From Psammoneis japonica (lineage: Eukaryota), in contig QPGO01000238.1 of NCBI GenBank assembly GCA_008632985.1, forward strand, positions 1 through 64,000: 64,000 nucleotides of DNA, written 5' to 3'. A program made the position numbers and the translations under genes. Positions within the stretch are counted from its first letter, which is position 1; each line of letters starts with the position of its first letter. The notes beneath the pieces were generated by a model. That model searched no databases. It was not told the DNA's origin and was given only the letters and a program-made list of their open reading frames with translations. Shown here one piece after another: positions 50,526 through 61,811 of this stretch.

Positions 50526-51523
50526 TCATGACGGCCAAGGTTGTGGTGAAAAGACTTTGGAAACAATTGTCCACTCATCGTTGTCATGCTTGCAGCTCAG
50601 CAACAAGTGATCCACAACGATGTTGGATTGTGTGCCATTGCCCACATGCACTGTTGCTGATGCCGCGGTATGACATGGTAACACGTCAATTTGAACAATG
50701 GCATCATGCAATTTGCTTTCCTTGGAATGAGGCGTTTGTTGTGACACGCCCTTTAAATAGGATTCCAATGAAATCTCCAACAAGGATCCTACCGGGGCGG
50801 ACCAATCCGTGGGTGGTTCGTCTGGATCAGAAGCTCCAGCTGTAAGCAGCGATGCTTTTGTATCGAACAGCACCTCTGCTCGTTGCTTGTCTTTTCTCCA
50901 CCACCATGTTCAATCGATAAGTAGGTTTGCAGTGTGTTATGGAGAGAAACAATTGAATCGTTGTTTTTCATTAGGTTTTCGGAAGAAGACGATGATTCCA
51001 ATGACCTGAGAATTTGCCAACCATCATTTGGTAAAACCCTATTGTTGCTTGGAGAATCATCAAGACGAAGCATAGATATGTACTTATAGAATCCATTCGT
51101 TTCTTGAATTTTGGCGAGTGCCGTTCGATTGTCTGCAAACGCCAGCCACTCGAGTTTGGCGGGAGAAACGTGATTGCTACTGCGTTGTCGTTGTGCTTGC
51201 GACGGCGTCAGCGCGACTCCTCCTCCTCTCCAAACAAGTCCCTTGGGGTGCCATGTGGTATCAAGTGTGTCTCTGTACCCACCTTGTGACGACGACTCGA
51301 GCAATCTCAAAATGTTTTGCGTCGCCCGTGCCGCATCCAACCCAAGCTCGATCGGTTCACGTGGACCTGTTTGAGGAGGTGCTGCGTGCAACAATTCACC
51401 ACTTCCATGGTTCATGTGCGTACGAAAATTATCGAGTATTGCACTCGTTTTGTCAGTCAGAGAGAGTCTACTGGCTAGAGGAGTCGCTCGGAGCAAGCAA
51501 CGAGATGGCAACAGGGACGCCAT
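50526..51523 (-). CDS. Protein with two NTF2-like (putative lumazine-binding) domains and one apparent frameshift (~50892)
   Basis: WHPKG..ALAKI..YISMLRL..GWQI, then YL..EHGGG / LF..KASLL..IVQIDV..AASATV..DHLLL..WTIVSKVF. The break lies in an A-run (gaAAAgac). Confidence 0.65.
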
Positions 51524-52053
51524 GGTGATAAATGAATTTCATGAATGAAATACGGTAGGTGGGCGCTAAATTAGGACGGGAGCCTAACCAGCATAATGAG
51601 AACGTTTCTTTCGTACGCCTACCGGTACTCTCTAGCTACTCAGTAGCTGTCGCTCTATCTGTGGCTAATGGCAAGGCCTCGATGGTATCATAACTGGCTC
51701 TAACTAGCTATATTCTGCAGCCCTGGAGCCCTCTATGTCACAGTCATTGTCAATGGTACGCTCAGAAAAAGAGTTGACAAGTGTGGCACCTGCGTTGATT
51801 GTCCTCTGTCCTTCTGCATTGTCCCAAAAGGGAGACGTGGCTTCTCGCAAATCAAACCCTTCTATAGGACGGCAATGCTACAGTGGAGATGGTGTGACTT
51901 CCACTTGAGAGAAACGTTGTGTCCGCCAATGATGGCAGTCACGAAGAATGCCCTCCTTGTACGAGTCATCCGGTCACATTCACAAAAATTCTCTCCCAAT
52001 ACGACCATCCTAAGCGACTGCTAAGAAATACAGCACATGAGCTTCTTTAATCG

Positions 52054-53205
52054 TCAGGCCAACAGGGATGTTCGACGCGTAAGAATGGATTGGATTGCCA
52101 ATCGACAAACGTCAGTCTTGCAGGCCAGTTCCTTCAAGTCTTGCAAAATTTCATAATCTTCATGATAGTACTGTGCAAGACACCTTTTGCCCATGGGTGA
52201 TAGAGGAGCACGATACTTGTCGGTTGTAACGGATGAATGCAGTCTTGACAGGGATGTTCTAGAGGCATTGTTCCTCTGCATCTCGCAATCCATTTGAACA
52301 ACATTGGCTTGTCGCAAGGCAAAGTCAGACGCATTCAAGAATTCGGCATGGGCATGGATCCAACGAACCGCATGATCAATTTGCCTGTAATAGTCAAAAT
52401 TCTCCTCCAGCACAATTGGCATGATGGACGACGCCGATGTTTTCCACAAGTCGATTCCCAACCAATCCTTTATGGAAAATCGAGCGTGTACAATTTGTTT
52501 CAGATCCATCCTGGCGTCCACCGTAGAATCGCAAAGGGCTTCTGCCAAGAGGTTTGCATTTCTCTTGTACTTGTCAAAAATTATTTCCTGCTCGGCACGC
52601 ACATGAGAACGATTCTGACAATGCTTGTCGGGAGCACCTGCTGCAAAACCCGGTTTGCGATTGTCGCCGTGTGGATTGCACAGGACAAGGTCTCGCCAAT
52701 AAAAGGCAGAAAGAAAGCGATCAATTGGATCTCGAATGGTAACGACAAATAATGCCGCCGTATCTGACACCAAGCGATTGGTACAAGGAACCGGATGACA
52801 TTCGTTGGTTTTAATCCGCCATGCACGAAGTGTTCGGTCTCGAAATGCACCGCCTCCGGCTTTTCCAACGTGCAACAGCGAGAATTTATCTCTTGATATA
52901 GATATCATCTGTATAGTATTCAGTGCTTGCTCATTTTTTGAGGACTGCGAGGTACATTCTGTGCCGAGATCGTTTTGGATCAATGGCGTAGATATATTCT
53001 TGTGGCGTTGCGACGAAGGTATGATCTTTGTCTGCACCAGTTCATGGTGTTGTAATTTGCTCCTCGGAACCGTCACGCCCATTAGTGCAGCAAAAGCAAT
53101 CACAGCAACTAGAACCACTGAAAAGAAAACTGCTCTTGCCATTGTCATGGCGCTTGTCTTGCTTGTGCAACGGCAGTGATTGCCGATCATCATCGTGTGT
53201 GGCAT
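52054..53205 (-). CDS. Golgi-type sulfotransferase (Sulfotransfer_2-like)
   Basis: Type II TM anchor, 5'-PSB LLHVGKAGG, 3'-PB VTIRDPIDRFLSAF and C-terminal YYHEDYEI. Confidence 0.85.
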   Translation of the reverse strand: MPHTMMIGNHCRCTSKTSAMTMARAVFFSVVLVAVIAFAALMGVTVPRSKLQHHELVQTKIIPSSQRHKNISTPLIQNDLGTECTSQSSKNEQALNTIQMISISRDKFSLLHVGKAGGGAFRDRTLRAWRIKTNECHPVPCTNRLVSDTAALFVVTIRDPIDRFLSAFYWRDLVLCNPHGDNRKPGFAAGAPDKHCQNRSHVRAEQEIIFDKYKRNANLLAEALCDSTVDARMDLKQIVHARFSIKDWLGIDLWKTSASSIMPIVLEENFDYYRQIDHAVRWIHAHAEFLNASDFALRQANVVQMDCEMQRNNASRTSLSRLHSSVTTDKYRAPLSPMGKRCLAQYYHEDYEILQDLKELACKTDVCRLAIQSILTRRTSLLA

Positions 53206-53328
53206 AGGCTCAAGTTCGTACTGTACAGCATTTTCAACATGGCCGTGAGCCTGGTAAAGATTTCATGCTCGTGGCTGGTTAACGACAAGCCCATAGCCCA
53301 ATCTCTTTGTCTGACTTCGAGCCAAAGT

Positions 53329-53448
53329 AAGCTAAATGGTTAGTGTAAATCGTTAAGTGTCATTTCCACTTCGACACAAAGAAAGCTAAATGGTTAGTGT
53401 AAATCGTTAAGTGTCATTTCCACTTCCATACAAAGACAGCTAAATGCT
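53329..53448 (+). repeat. Tandem repeat with a 54-bp period, about 2.2 copies
   Basis: aagctaaatggttagtgtaaatcgttaagtgtcatttccacttc occurs twice. Confidence 0.9.
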
Positions 53449-53889
53449 TAACGGTAGTGGTCAGATTTCAAAATCTGAGCAATACAGAAATGTCAATGAT
53501 GAATAAGGATTTTAGATTGCTTCTGCCGTAAATATCATTACGCCAATGCCACTAATGAATTCACAAATGAATTTGTATTCCATCCTTTTCCTGAACTTTG
53601 ATCTATCGGCATTTTCGATACGAGTGCTCGACGCGATGACAATGAGGCATGCTTGTATGTGTCATGGCCATAAGCTGTGAGGCGTACCGTCACATTTGGA
53701 TTGAACTCGGGGATCTTGATGTCGAAAGTAGCCATTTGTTTGACATTCGTGATTTTTCATCGCCCACAAACTGGGATTTCAACTGAGTCGAGTTGATGTT
53801 GGACGTGTTTCAAAGCACTGCGTTTGATGAAACAATTGAGGGCTCTGGAATTATGGCATTTTATGCCATGGAGACTTAAAACAGCAAAT

Positions 53890-56800
53890 GGGTTGACAAT
53901 CAAGCAGTGATCGGGTTTGCCAACATTTCCAAAAATGTGACAACAAAAGTTGCATCACTCAACAACCAACAACATCTCAAGAGATGGAAACAAGAAAAGT
54001 GACTCCTCTTTGCACTTGAATTAAAAGAGACAACAATGCACAACAAACATTTGAGAAGGACAAGAAGCTCTTGAATGCATGGAACCAGAAGAGAGTCAAT
54101 GAATCGCTCTTGTTTTGAACCTCTTGACCTGTTCTGTCCATGATGGTGGTTGGCTGAAAGGTTGGTGGTGGTTTTTTTGTGTGACTTGCAGCTTGAGGCA
54201 TGTTGATGCATGAACACATGGCCCATGTGTGGTGTCACCTTTGGAAAGTGCCACTTGTGGAGCTTGAGTGGACAACTCTCTGTGCTCAAGCTTTGTCCGC
54301 CAAATGCTCCATCAAAGTCCAGATGATGCTGCCACATCCCACCCGACCATTGACACAAAACAGTTCTTGCAAAATGTTGTTGCCCATTTCCCTCTTCCTC
54401 TGCAGAGCAGCCCTCTTGGTGACAGTGCTGCCCACATGCCAGAATGTGCTCAAGAATGCTTTCCATTTTGCCAGCAAAGATGCCCAACGCGGGGCTGTGT
54501 GGGCTCGAATCTCTCTCAAGACAAGCTGACATTTGTGCCTGGCACTGGCGGCAATGCTCAGCCCTCCTTCCTGTTTGACTTCCCAGGAGTGTGCCCAGAT
54601 CTCCTGCGTGCTGAGTGGCTCAACCACAAGAGTCGCTGTCTTTGTCAGTTTTGTCAGCAGGATGTGCCAAGGCTGCTCTGGCCATGTGTGCGCAAGGACA
54701 GCTGCGACAGTGCTTTCTGCTGTCAGCAAAGAGTGTGAGCTGGCTGGACTGCCCAACCCCACACTTCACAGCTCCTTGGCAGTCACTCCAAATCAAGTGC
54801 CAACTTGGGGTCAACTGCACCTGGCTGGCTGCAATGCAAAGACAGCTGTGGCAGCACTTTGTGACAACAAAGAGAGTGCGAGCTGGCTGGGCTCCCAACC
54901 CCACACTTCACAGCCCCTCAGCACTGGATCCCAATCAAATGCCAACTTGGGGCCAATGGCTGTGAAGCCATCATTGCAAATCCCTGTGCCTGCCCCCTCA
55001 CACAGCTTTGCACAGGGTCAACATTTGTGGCCTTTGCAAGATGGGCCCTGGCTGGCTGCTGGCTCTTCAGCCACACGGCTTGCACAACAAGCCACCACAA
55101 CACAGAGCACTGTGGGGTGAGTGCAGCACAGCCCAAACAAGCACACCATGCTGAGATCACCCAGAGTTGGCTGCTGTCCTGGGGCTCCATTCAAAGCTGG
55201 GCTGGGCTGCTTGGCTCCTTGGTGTGCAGCACATGCTTGGCATCACACTCTTGTTGCCAAGCAGCCACATGGCATGTGCCCACCATTTGTGCCTGCAACA
55301 GTGACCCCAGCCACAAAGAAGCCAACAAAAAGTTGAACCTGGTTTTGTGGTTGAAGAGTGAAGAAACTGTGAGTGAAGTTTGGTTCAAGATTTGTTGGCA
55401 ATGCCAAGTGGGCAACCAAAGAGAGGCGCCAAAAATGGCCATTCTCGCTCATTTCTCAAGAGGAGCTTGCGCTCATGATGCAGGGTCTGAAGCAAGCACC
55501 AGCCAAGACAACAGTTTTTTCTCTCTGCCCCACTTAAAACACAGCCTTTGAGTCAATGTGGTGCTCCTTCAACAACTCACGCACACTGGGAAGAGCAGCT
55601 GGAGCCAGGGCAGCTGGCCTGGCAGGGCTTGGCTGACACCCAAGCTGGGCTGCTCAGCCTGGTGGCACACACTCAGTGCCACATTGTCACCCTCCTGCAA
55701 CTGCAATGTGCCCCACTCTTTGCACCTGCAGCAACCACCCTGGATCAAAAGAAGCCAGTGCAACTCTGGCCATGGTTGCATGGTCAATTGTGTGTGTGTG
55801 TTCAACGGTTGATTCCCCTCTTTTTTTCTCTTTTCCTTTAACCGGCCACGAACATGAAAAAATTGCCGTGAGCCTCTGCGCGACGGTGTGCAACCAACAA
55901 TCGGGCCCCCCAGCTTGCCCCCACATGCGGTGCAAATCGCTGGACGATTGCCCGTGGATTGCCATCTGTCGCTCTCTGACTCTTCTCTCCTCCAGTGGCT
56001 GATGCTCCTGACTGAGCACTCTGGTTGGTTGTGGCACAAGCCACAAGCACCAGACCTCAAGCTGGAGCTCCATTGCATGGAACCCGGAAATGGAGCTCCA
56101 GCCAGAGAGCCGCAAGGGTGCTGGGCGGCACAGGCTGCAAGCGAAAACTCGCTCTCGTGACTCATCAACATGCAACGCAGCGTTGATGAAAGAAAAGAAT
56201 GAGCTTGCTGCAGCTCAAGAGGTGCTTGCAGCCATGTGTGCAACTTCCATGGTGCTCAGAGTGTCGCAGAAGTTGCAAAACAATTGCTGGACGATTGCCC
56301 TCCGTTGCTCGTCTCTCTGACTCTTCTCTCCTCCTCCAGTGGCTGATGCTCCTGACTGAGCACTCTGGTTGGTTGTGGCACAAGCCACAAGCACCAGACC
56401 TCAAGCCAGAGCTCTGTTGCAGGGAACATGGAAATGGAGCTCTCCAGCCAGAGAGCCGCCACCCCACAGGGGCAGGAGGCCACACAAGAGGAGAGAGAGA
56501 GGCTGGAGAGCAGCAGGGAAGAGAAATGAAAGGAGGCCAGTGCAATGCAGTGCAGCAAGTGGGGGGGAGCACAATGACTGGCAAAGGTCAGTTGCTGCCA
56601 GCAAACACTGCTCAAGCAGACTGGCCACAAGGATCATGCATCGTGGCTGTCAAAAGATGATGACCCAATGAGGCACCTGAGCAGCCAAAGAAGTGGCTGG
56701 GAGACAGTCTGTCACAGTGGGTGACAAACCACTTGTTGGCCAAAGGTGTGACGAATGTGCCATGCATCCAAAAGAATCTCCTTGGTCCAGTCCTTTGGGA

Positions 56801-58010
56801 CGAGGCACCCAACACAGCATGACCAGAAGTCATCACAGCAAGGCTGCCAGAAGCAATTGCAGAGCAACTGCAAGTCGTGTTGAGCCCAAGCAGGAATGGT
56901 CACCCAGCTGCAGCACCAGAAGCCTTTGGTTGAGGCCTTGGCCAAATGTTGAAGGCTGAAGAACACCCGGCAGAGGTGGACAGTTATGGGTCAGTGGCCA
57001 AAGTGGGTGATCAAGTGTTTGCACCACAGAGACAAAGGCTGAGGGGTCAGGCTGGGTTGCCCTGCTGCAAACAATGCTTGGGAAGAGTGAGCGGTGCAAC
57101 ATGCCACAAACTGACTCATGAGGCCACTGCCACCACTGTCCCCCCCTTCGCTTGCACTGGTGATGTTGCCCATGCTAGAGCCACCACCAGCCATCTGATG
57201 CTGCATTGCTTTGTTGGCAATGAGAGGGGTGCGAGGCTCTGGGCACTCCCAACAGACAACTTTTGGCAAGCACTGCTGCAGGAAAGGGTCAACGGACCAA
57301 ACAATGAAGTGGTTCAGAGCATTTTGATGCCTGGAGATGATGGCACCAGAGGTCAAAGCACTGCTTCACTGGGCACATGCCAAGACAGCTGCCTGCTGGG
57401 CAGACACCATCCCAGGCCTTGCTTTCACAGTCCAGATGCTGAGCCCATTCATCCAGCAGGTCCAGATTGGCACTTGTTGCGGATGTGATCCCTGTGAAGC
57501 TGGAGGGCCATGTCCTTTCAACCACAGCCAGTTTGGAGGAGGCCAGAATCATCATGGATGCATCCTGCAGCAAGGGGCAGGCCAAGGAAGTGGTGAACTG
57601 AGCAGCACGTGGAATGAGCTCTGCACAGAACTCCTCCAGAAAGGCCGACACAGCAGCAAACCATTTGGTGAGGAGGGGATGGTCCGTCCAAGGCAGCCAA
57701 GATGGAGGAAGACCAGATCTGTCTAACTAGAAGATCAAAGCAGGGGGGGCAATGAAAAAAAAAGTGCAGGAGAGCACACCAGATTGGAGTGCTTGCCTGG
57801 GCATCAGACAGATTAGGTGGGACTGGCAAATCCCCTGCGCAGAGTTGTGCAATGACCGCTGGACTGCCTCGGAGCATGCCCTCTGGCAAAGCCAGCAGCA
57901 GGCCAATGGCTGCCACTGGGGTGCTGCAAGGAACTTCTAGCCAGGAGAGGGCCCTGGGTCCATCAAAGGACCAGGCCACTGCCACATTTCGGAGTGAAGA
58001 CCGAGCCACA
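53890..58010. repeat. TpA- and CpG-depleted degenerate block, probably an old transposon
   Basis: TA nearly absent over ~4 kb. Internal duplication 55940-56115 vs 56287-56460. No domain recognised. Confidence 0.6.
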
Positions 58011-58713
58011 CTGGAAACAATGCCACATGAGAATTACGATGAGCAAATGCCGAGAATACTCATGGCTCATTTCAAGAATTCAGCAATAGAGATGCTGCCG
58101 TGTCAATCATCGCCCACACAAAAGTTCTCCAAACAAACATTTTCCTATGACTTGGCAATGATGACGAAAGAAGGATCATGGATTATGTGCGGTCACAAGG
58201 ACTCAAACCATCTCTTTAGTGTTTGTAATGCTTGTGTAGCATCCTTATGAAGAGAACCAAATACCTCACCATCACAACAAGCTATCTCGGCTTTTTGGGT
58301 TGGAAGTTCGTGGATGCGGTAAAATTTGTTGTCGTCCTGTTTGTGCTCAACTCGACAAACCAAAAGAACGAGGAAGAAAAAAGGTACCCGTCCACAATTT
58401 GGCACAACTCCGTCAGGCCGTTCTTGGCGACAAGGCGCTGCTCCGGGACGTTGTGATTGCCAACAATTTTAGCGCCACGACCGGAACGTCCGAACCGGCG
58501 GCGATGTGCCTGGGACAGCAAAGACGCGTGTTTGGCCGTCTTTCGGCTTGATGATCGAATCGTATTCGTCTTGGCAATCGTAGAAATCGATGCTCTATCT
58601 TAGTACTTTGTTGCAGCCTCTCTCAAGGATGCTCTTGTCTCTTCTTTTTACTTAATATGTTCAGTTTTCTGTTTCTGTAGATCCGCCAGTATATAGCTGC
58701 ACTGTTGCGTGCT

Positions 58714-60135
58714 CTACATGAATTTGTCAACTGAATCCAATACATCTAAGAGATCAACCGTCAAATCGTTGCCATTCCGCAAGAGTGGGACATTGCTTCC
58801 ATCTGGATACTGGACGCCTTGTACAAGGTGGGCCGCGGGAATTGTAACATAGGCGTTTGCAGGGTTGTGTTGAAAATCAATCAGTAGGGGCGCTCCAAGA
58901 TTTCCAGCACCACGGCAAAAGGCACTTTTCGTCTTGGGATTCAAGTCCATTGTGCCAAAGTTCCACACTCCGACGACTGGATAGGGTGCCAGAGCATTGT
59001 GTGATCGGCGCCACAAGATGGCAACAGCAGGTATCGGGCTGTTTTGCACCAGTCTTTGCCTTCTGTAAATTTTGATACCCAGAACGTACATGCCGTGTGG
59101 CTGCTGAATATACTTGTCAAGCTGTAGCATCAGCGCCTTCGGGTCCCGGTTCCCGAGCTCTAGTTCAACCACAAGGGGCGATCGAAGACGTACGATAGTT
59201 TGATTTTGCTGCAGAGGGTAGGACCGCTGAAGGACCCCGTCCGGGGCGAAAGTCCCTCCGTCCACCAAGCGAAGCTTTCCATCAGAAATCACTGCGAAGG
59301 CTTTTCCACTCCCATTCCTGTACTGTTTGGAAAAGTAAACCAGGTCTCCAACTATGGTTCCGACTCCAGCACCGTAGGCTGGACCGGAGGCCAGCTTGAC
59401 GATAAACAAGTCTCCCCCTTCGGTTAAGTAGTACCACAGCTTATCAACATCATCGATACCCTGGAGAGCGGAACGGGTCTCACCATCGGAAGGGATCTTC
59501 GAACGCCCACGGGAGACTACAATGAAAGGAGAAATGTTGTCTGGAAGTTCTTCATTCTCACTTTTCACCCATCGTTTGTGGAATTCAATTGCGGCCTTTC
59601 GAAGCTGTTGATCGGAGAAAGGCCCGGGCAGGTAGCCTTCCGCGTCCGCACTCAAGCTTCCGTAATACGAGAGTTCCAAAGAGAGTGCGCCTTCGAACGC
59701 ACACGAACGTTTCTCGTCGCGTTGGCTATCAATGTCGATGCTATCACGACCTTCGGCTGCACTGTGGCCATTTTTCGCACCAGCAGCCCGCGATCTTCCA
59801 TTTCCATAGTGCGCGGAAACTTCAACCCCATATTGAGAACAAGACATGGCGCCGATTAAATCCGTACAGTACGTAGAAGCAAAATGAGAGAGTAGAAAGG
59901 TCAAACAGATGAAAAGAGATGTTTGGACACAGTATAGCCGATACGAAGGTTTTCTTTTGCTCCATCGAGCTTCGAGCTCGTTTTTTATTTGTGCGATTTG
60001 CGAGGCCGTGATTGAGCCGTCGTCATCTTTGTGATGCTGCACGGCGTGCGCATCAATTGGGCTCCCTTGAGCTTGCACCAGAAGCTGCACAACAAGAGCC
60101 AAAAGTCCTGAAAGATTGCACTCCCCAAATGACAT
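58714..60135 (-). CDS. Protein with a C-terminal PD-(D/E)xK restriction-endonuclease-like (Uma2-like) domain; 5' structure uncertain
   Basis: IVKLASGPAYG, FAPDG, SPLVVELELGN, LDKYI and YVLGIKIY match the Uma2/CR-REase-like pattern. Confidence 0.55.
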   Translation of the reverse strand: MSFGECNLSGLLALVVQLLVQAQGSPIDAHAVQHHKDDDGSITASQIAQIKNELEARWSKRKPSYRLYCVQTSLFICLTFLLSHFASTYCTDLIGAMSCSQYGVEVSAHYGNGRSRAAGAKNGHSAAEGRDSIDIDSQRDEKRSCAFEGALSLELSYYGSLSADAEGYLPGPFSDQQLRKAAIEFHKRWVKSENEELPDNISPFIVVSRGRSKIPSDGETRSALQGIDDVDKLWYYLTEGGDLFIVKLASGPAYGAGVGTIVGDLVYFSKQYRNGSGKAFAVISDGKLRLVDGGTFAPDGVLQRSYPLQQNQTIVRLRSPLVVELELGNRDPKALMLQLDKYIQQPHGMYVLGIKIYRRQRLVQNSPIPAVAILWRRSHNALAPYPVVGVWNFGTMDLNPKTKSAFCRGAGNLGAPLLIDFQHNPANAYVTIPAAHLVQGVQYPDGSNVPLLRNGNDLTVDLLDVLDSVDKFM

Positions 60136-60139
60136 ACAT

Positions 60140-61530
60140 TGTGTTTCGTTTTGCAGCCCACCTCCGGATCCTCACCCCTTGCCCACCAACACATGGGGAC
60201 ATCAATCATCCCCAGACAAAGACGTCAAGGTTGTTGCAATGGGAATGAAAAAGTGGGTGTCATGTGAATGGGGAGCGGTGGCTGGAGTCAGGTTTGGACA
60301 TGCATTGAGAAGCATCAATTGCTTGGCCAAGGCTTTGGTGATGGCAAATCCAATTCCATGCAAGCCCCACTGGGAGGTGTTGTGGCATGGAGACTGGACA
60401 AATGCTTGTGGTGAGCAAAGAGCATGGGAGCAGGAGACAAGGGCTCAGGGATGCTGAAAAGAGGATCCAGTGGTCCAGAGCAGCTCAGGAGGCAGCACCA
60501 GGATGATGGTGGCAGAAGTGCTGAGAAGCAGGGGGCAGACAAAAAAGCCAAAGATGCCAAGGTGTGTTTGTGGCATGTCTTGGTGAGGGGTTGGCACAGG
60601 AGAGGGATTTTGGGATGGGGTCATTCAAGCAGCAAGATGGGCACAGAGGGTGCACCAGAGAAGGCTGCAGAGGCTGCTGGTGCAAGTTGTGTGAACCAAC
60701 ATCAGTGAGGCATTTGAGGGGTGAGAGATGTGAGAATTTGGCAGATTTGCAGTGGGGGTGACAGAGGATTCTTGTGGCAAATGCCAGAAAGGGGCCAAAA
60801 GAAGAATGGTCTGGAGGGTGGCAAAGAGGCCATCTTGAATGTTGTTTGAGAGTGTGAATTTTTGTGCCAAAGGGAGTGACAACAGAAGGCATGGTCTCCA
60901 TGTGGGCCAGCTTGTCCCATGTGTGAAGGGTGTTGGATGGGAAAAAAGGGGGGCAAGGGAAGATGGAGAGGTTGTGAAAGAGTGGGCAAGGGCAAGCTGC
61001 ATGATGAGGAGTGGAGCAACACACCAAGGGGTGGCAGCAGTCCTTGCCACCTGCAGACAATGCCAGCACATGTGAGAGGAAGCAAGCACGCAGCAGGAGG
61101 GGCACGGGGTTGCCTGCAAGGTGTTGAAGGAAAGCACATCTGTGTTGCTGGACCTGGGTTCAGGTGGGAAAGGGCCAGTCAAAGGAAGGGGAGGAGTTGC
61201 CTGGATTGAAATTAAAGTGCACATCAGAGATGTGAGGAGGTGCAGGAGGGAGGACAGTGTGCAGGTGTGGCACAGAGAGCTCTTGGTCTGGACATCTTGG
61301 AGTTGGGTGGAGGGGCGGTCAAGGTTGGTGTTGGAGGCGGGGCAGCTTTCTGACTCAAGCAGGTGATGGCAACATCAGCACCACTGCCCAAGGGTTGGCC
61401 AAGGAAGGGGCTGGTTTTGATCTCGGGTGGCATGCAAAAGGAATGACGAGACCACCTTTGACACCAATGCCAAATCATTAGCCAAAGGGAGGACACACCC
61501 TAATTTAAAGTTTGTGCCTTGTGCACTGCA
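60140..61530. repeat. TpA- and CpG-depleted degenerate block
   Basis: Almost no TA and G-rich on the + strand, ending just before the ACC 3' region. Confidence 0.5.
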
Positions 61531-61811
61531 CAATCAAAGTAAAAAAGACTGATAGAAGATTCTGTCAGATCCAAGATTGAACTTTCGTTGTCCATTGAAA
61601 AATTGTGGTTGATTGAAAACCATCATGTTCTTTCGAAAGATGAGAGCCGTGTATGTCAGACCATTGTCAGAGAAGAACGCACAGCACAAGTGGCAACGCT
61701 CCGAACGAGCGGCGAGTTGGCGATATCGCAGCGCGGAAGAACCATCGTCTCCTACTCGCTCCATACGTTAAACTTTTAGTTTACTTCAACATCCATCGTT
61801 CTAAAACTAAT

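Noticed and set aside
1..61530. Hundreds of short overlapping Cys/His-rich ORFs as real genes
   Set aside because: They lie in TA-depleted blocks where TAA/TAG stops are scarce, have no domains, lack Tyr and occur on both strands at once.
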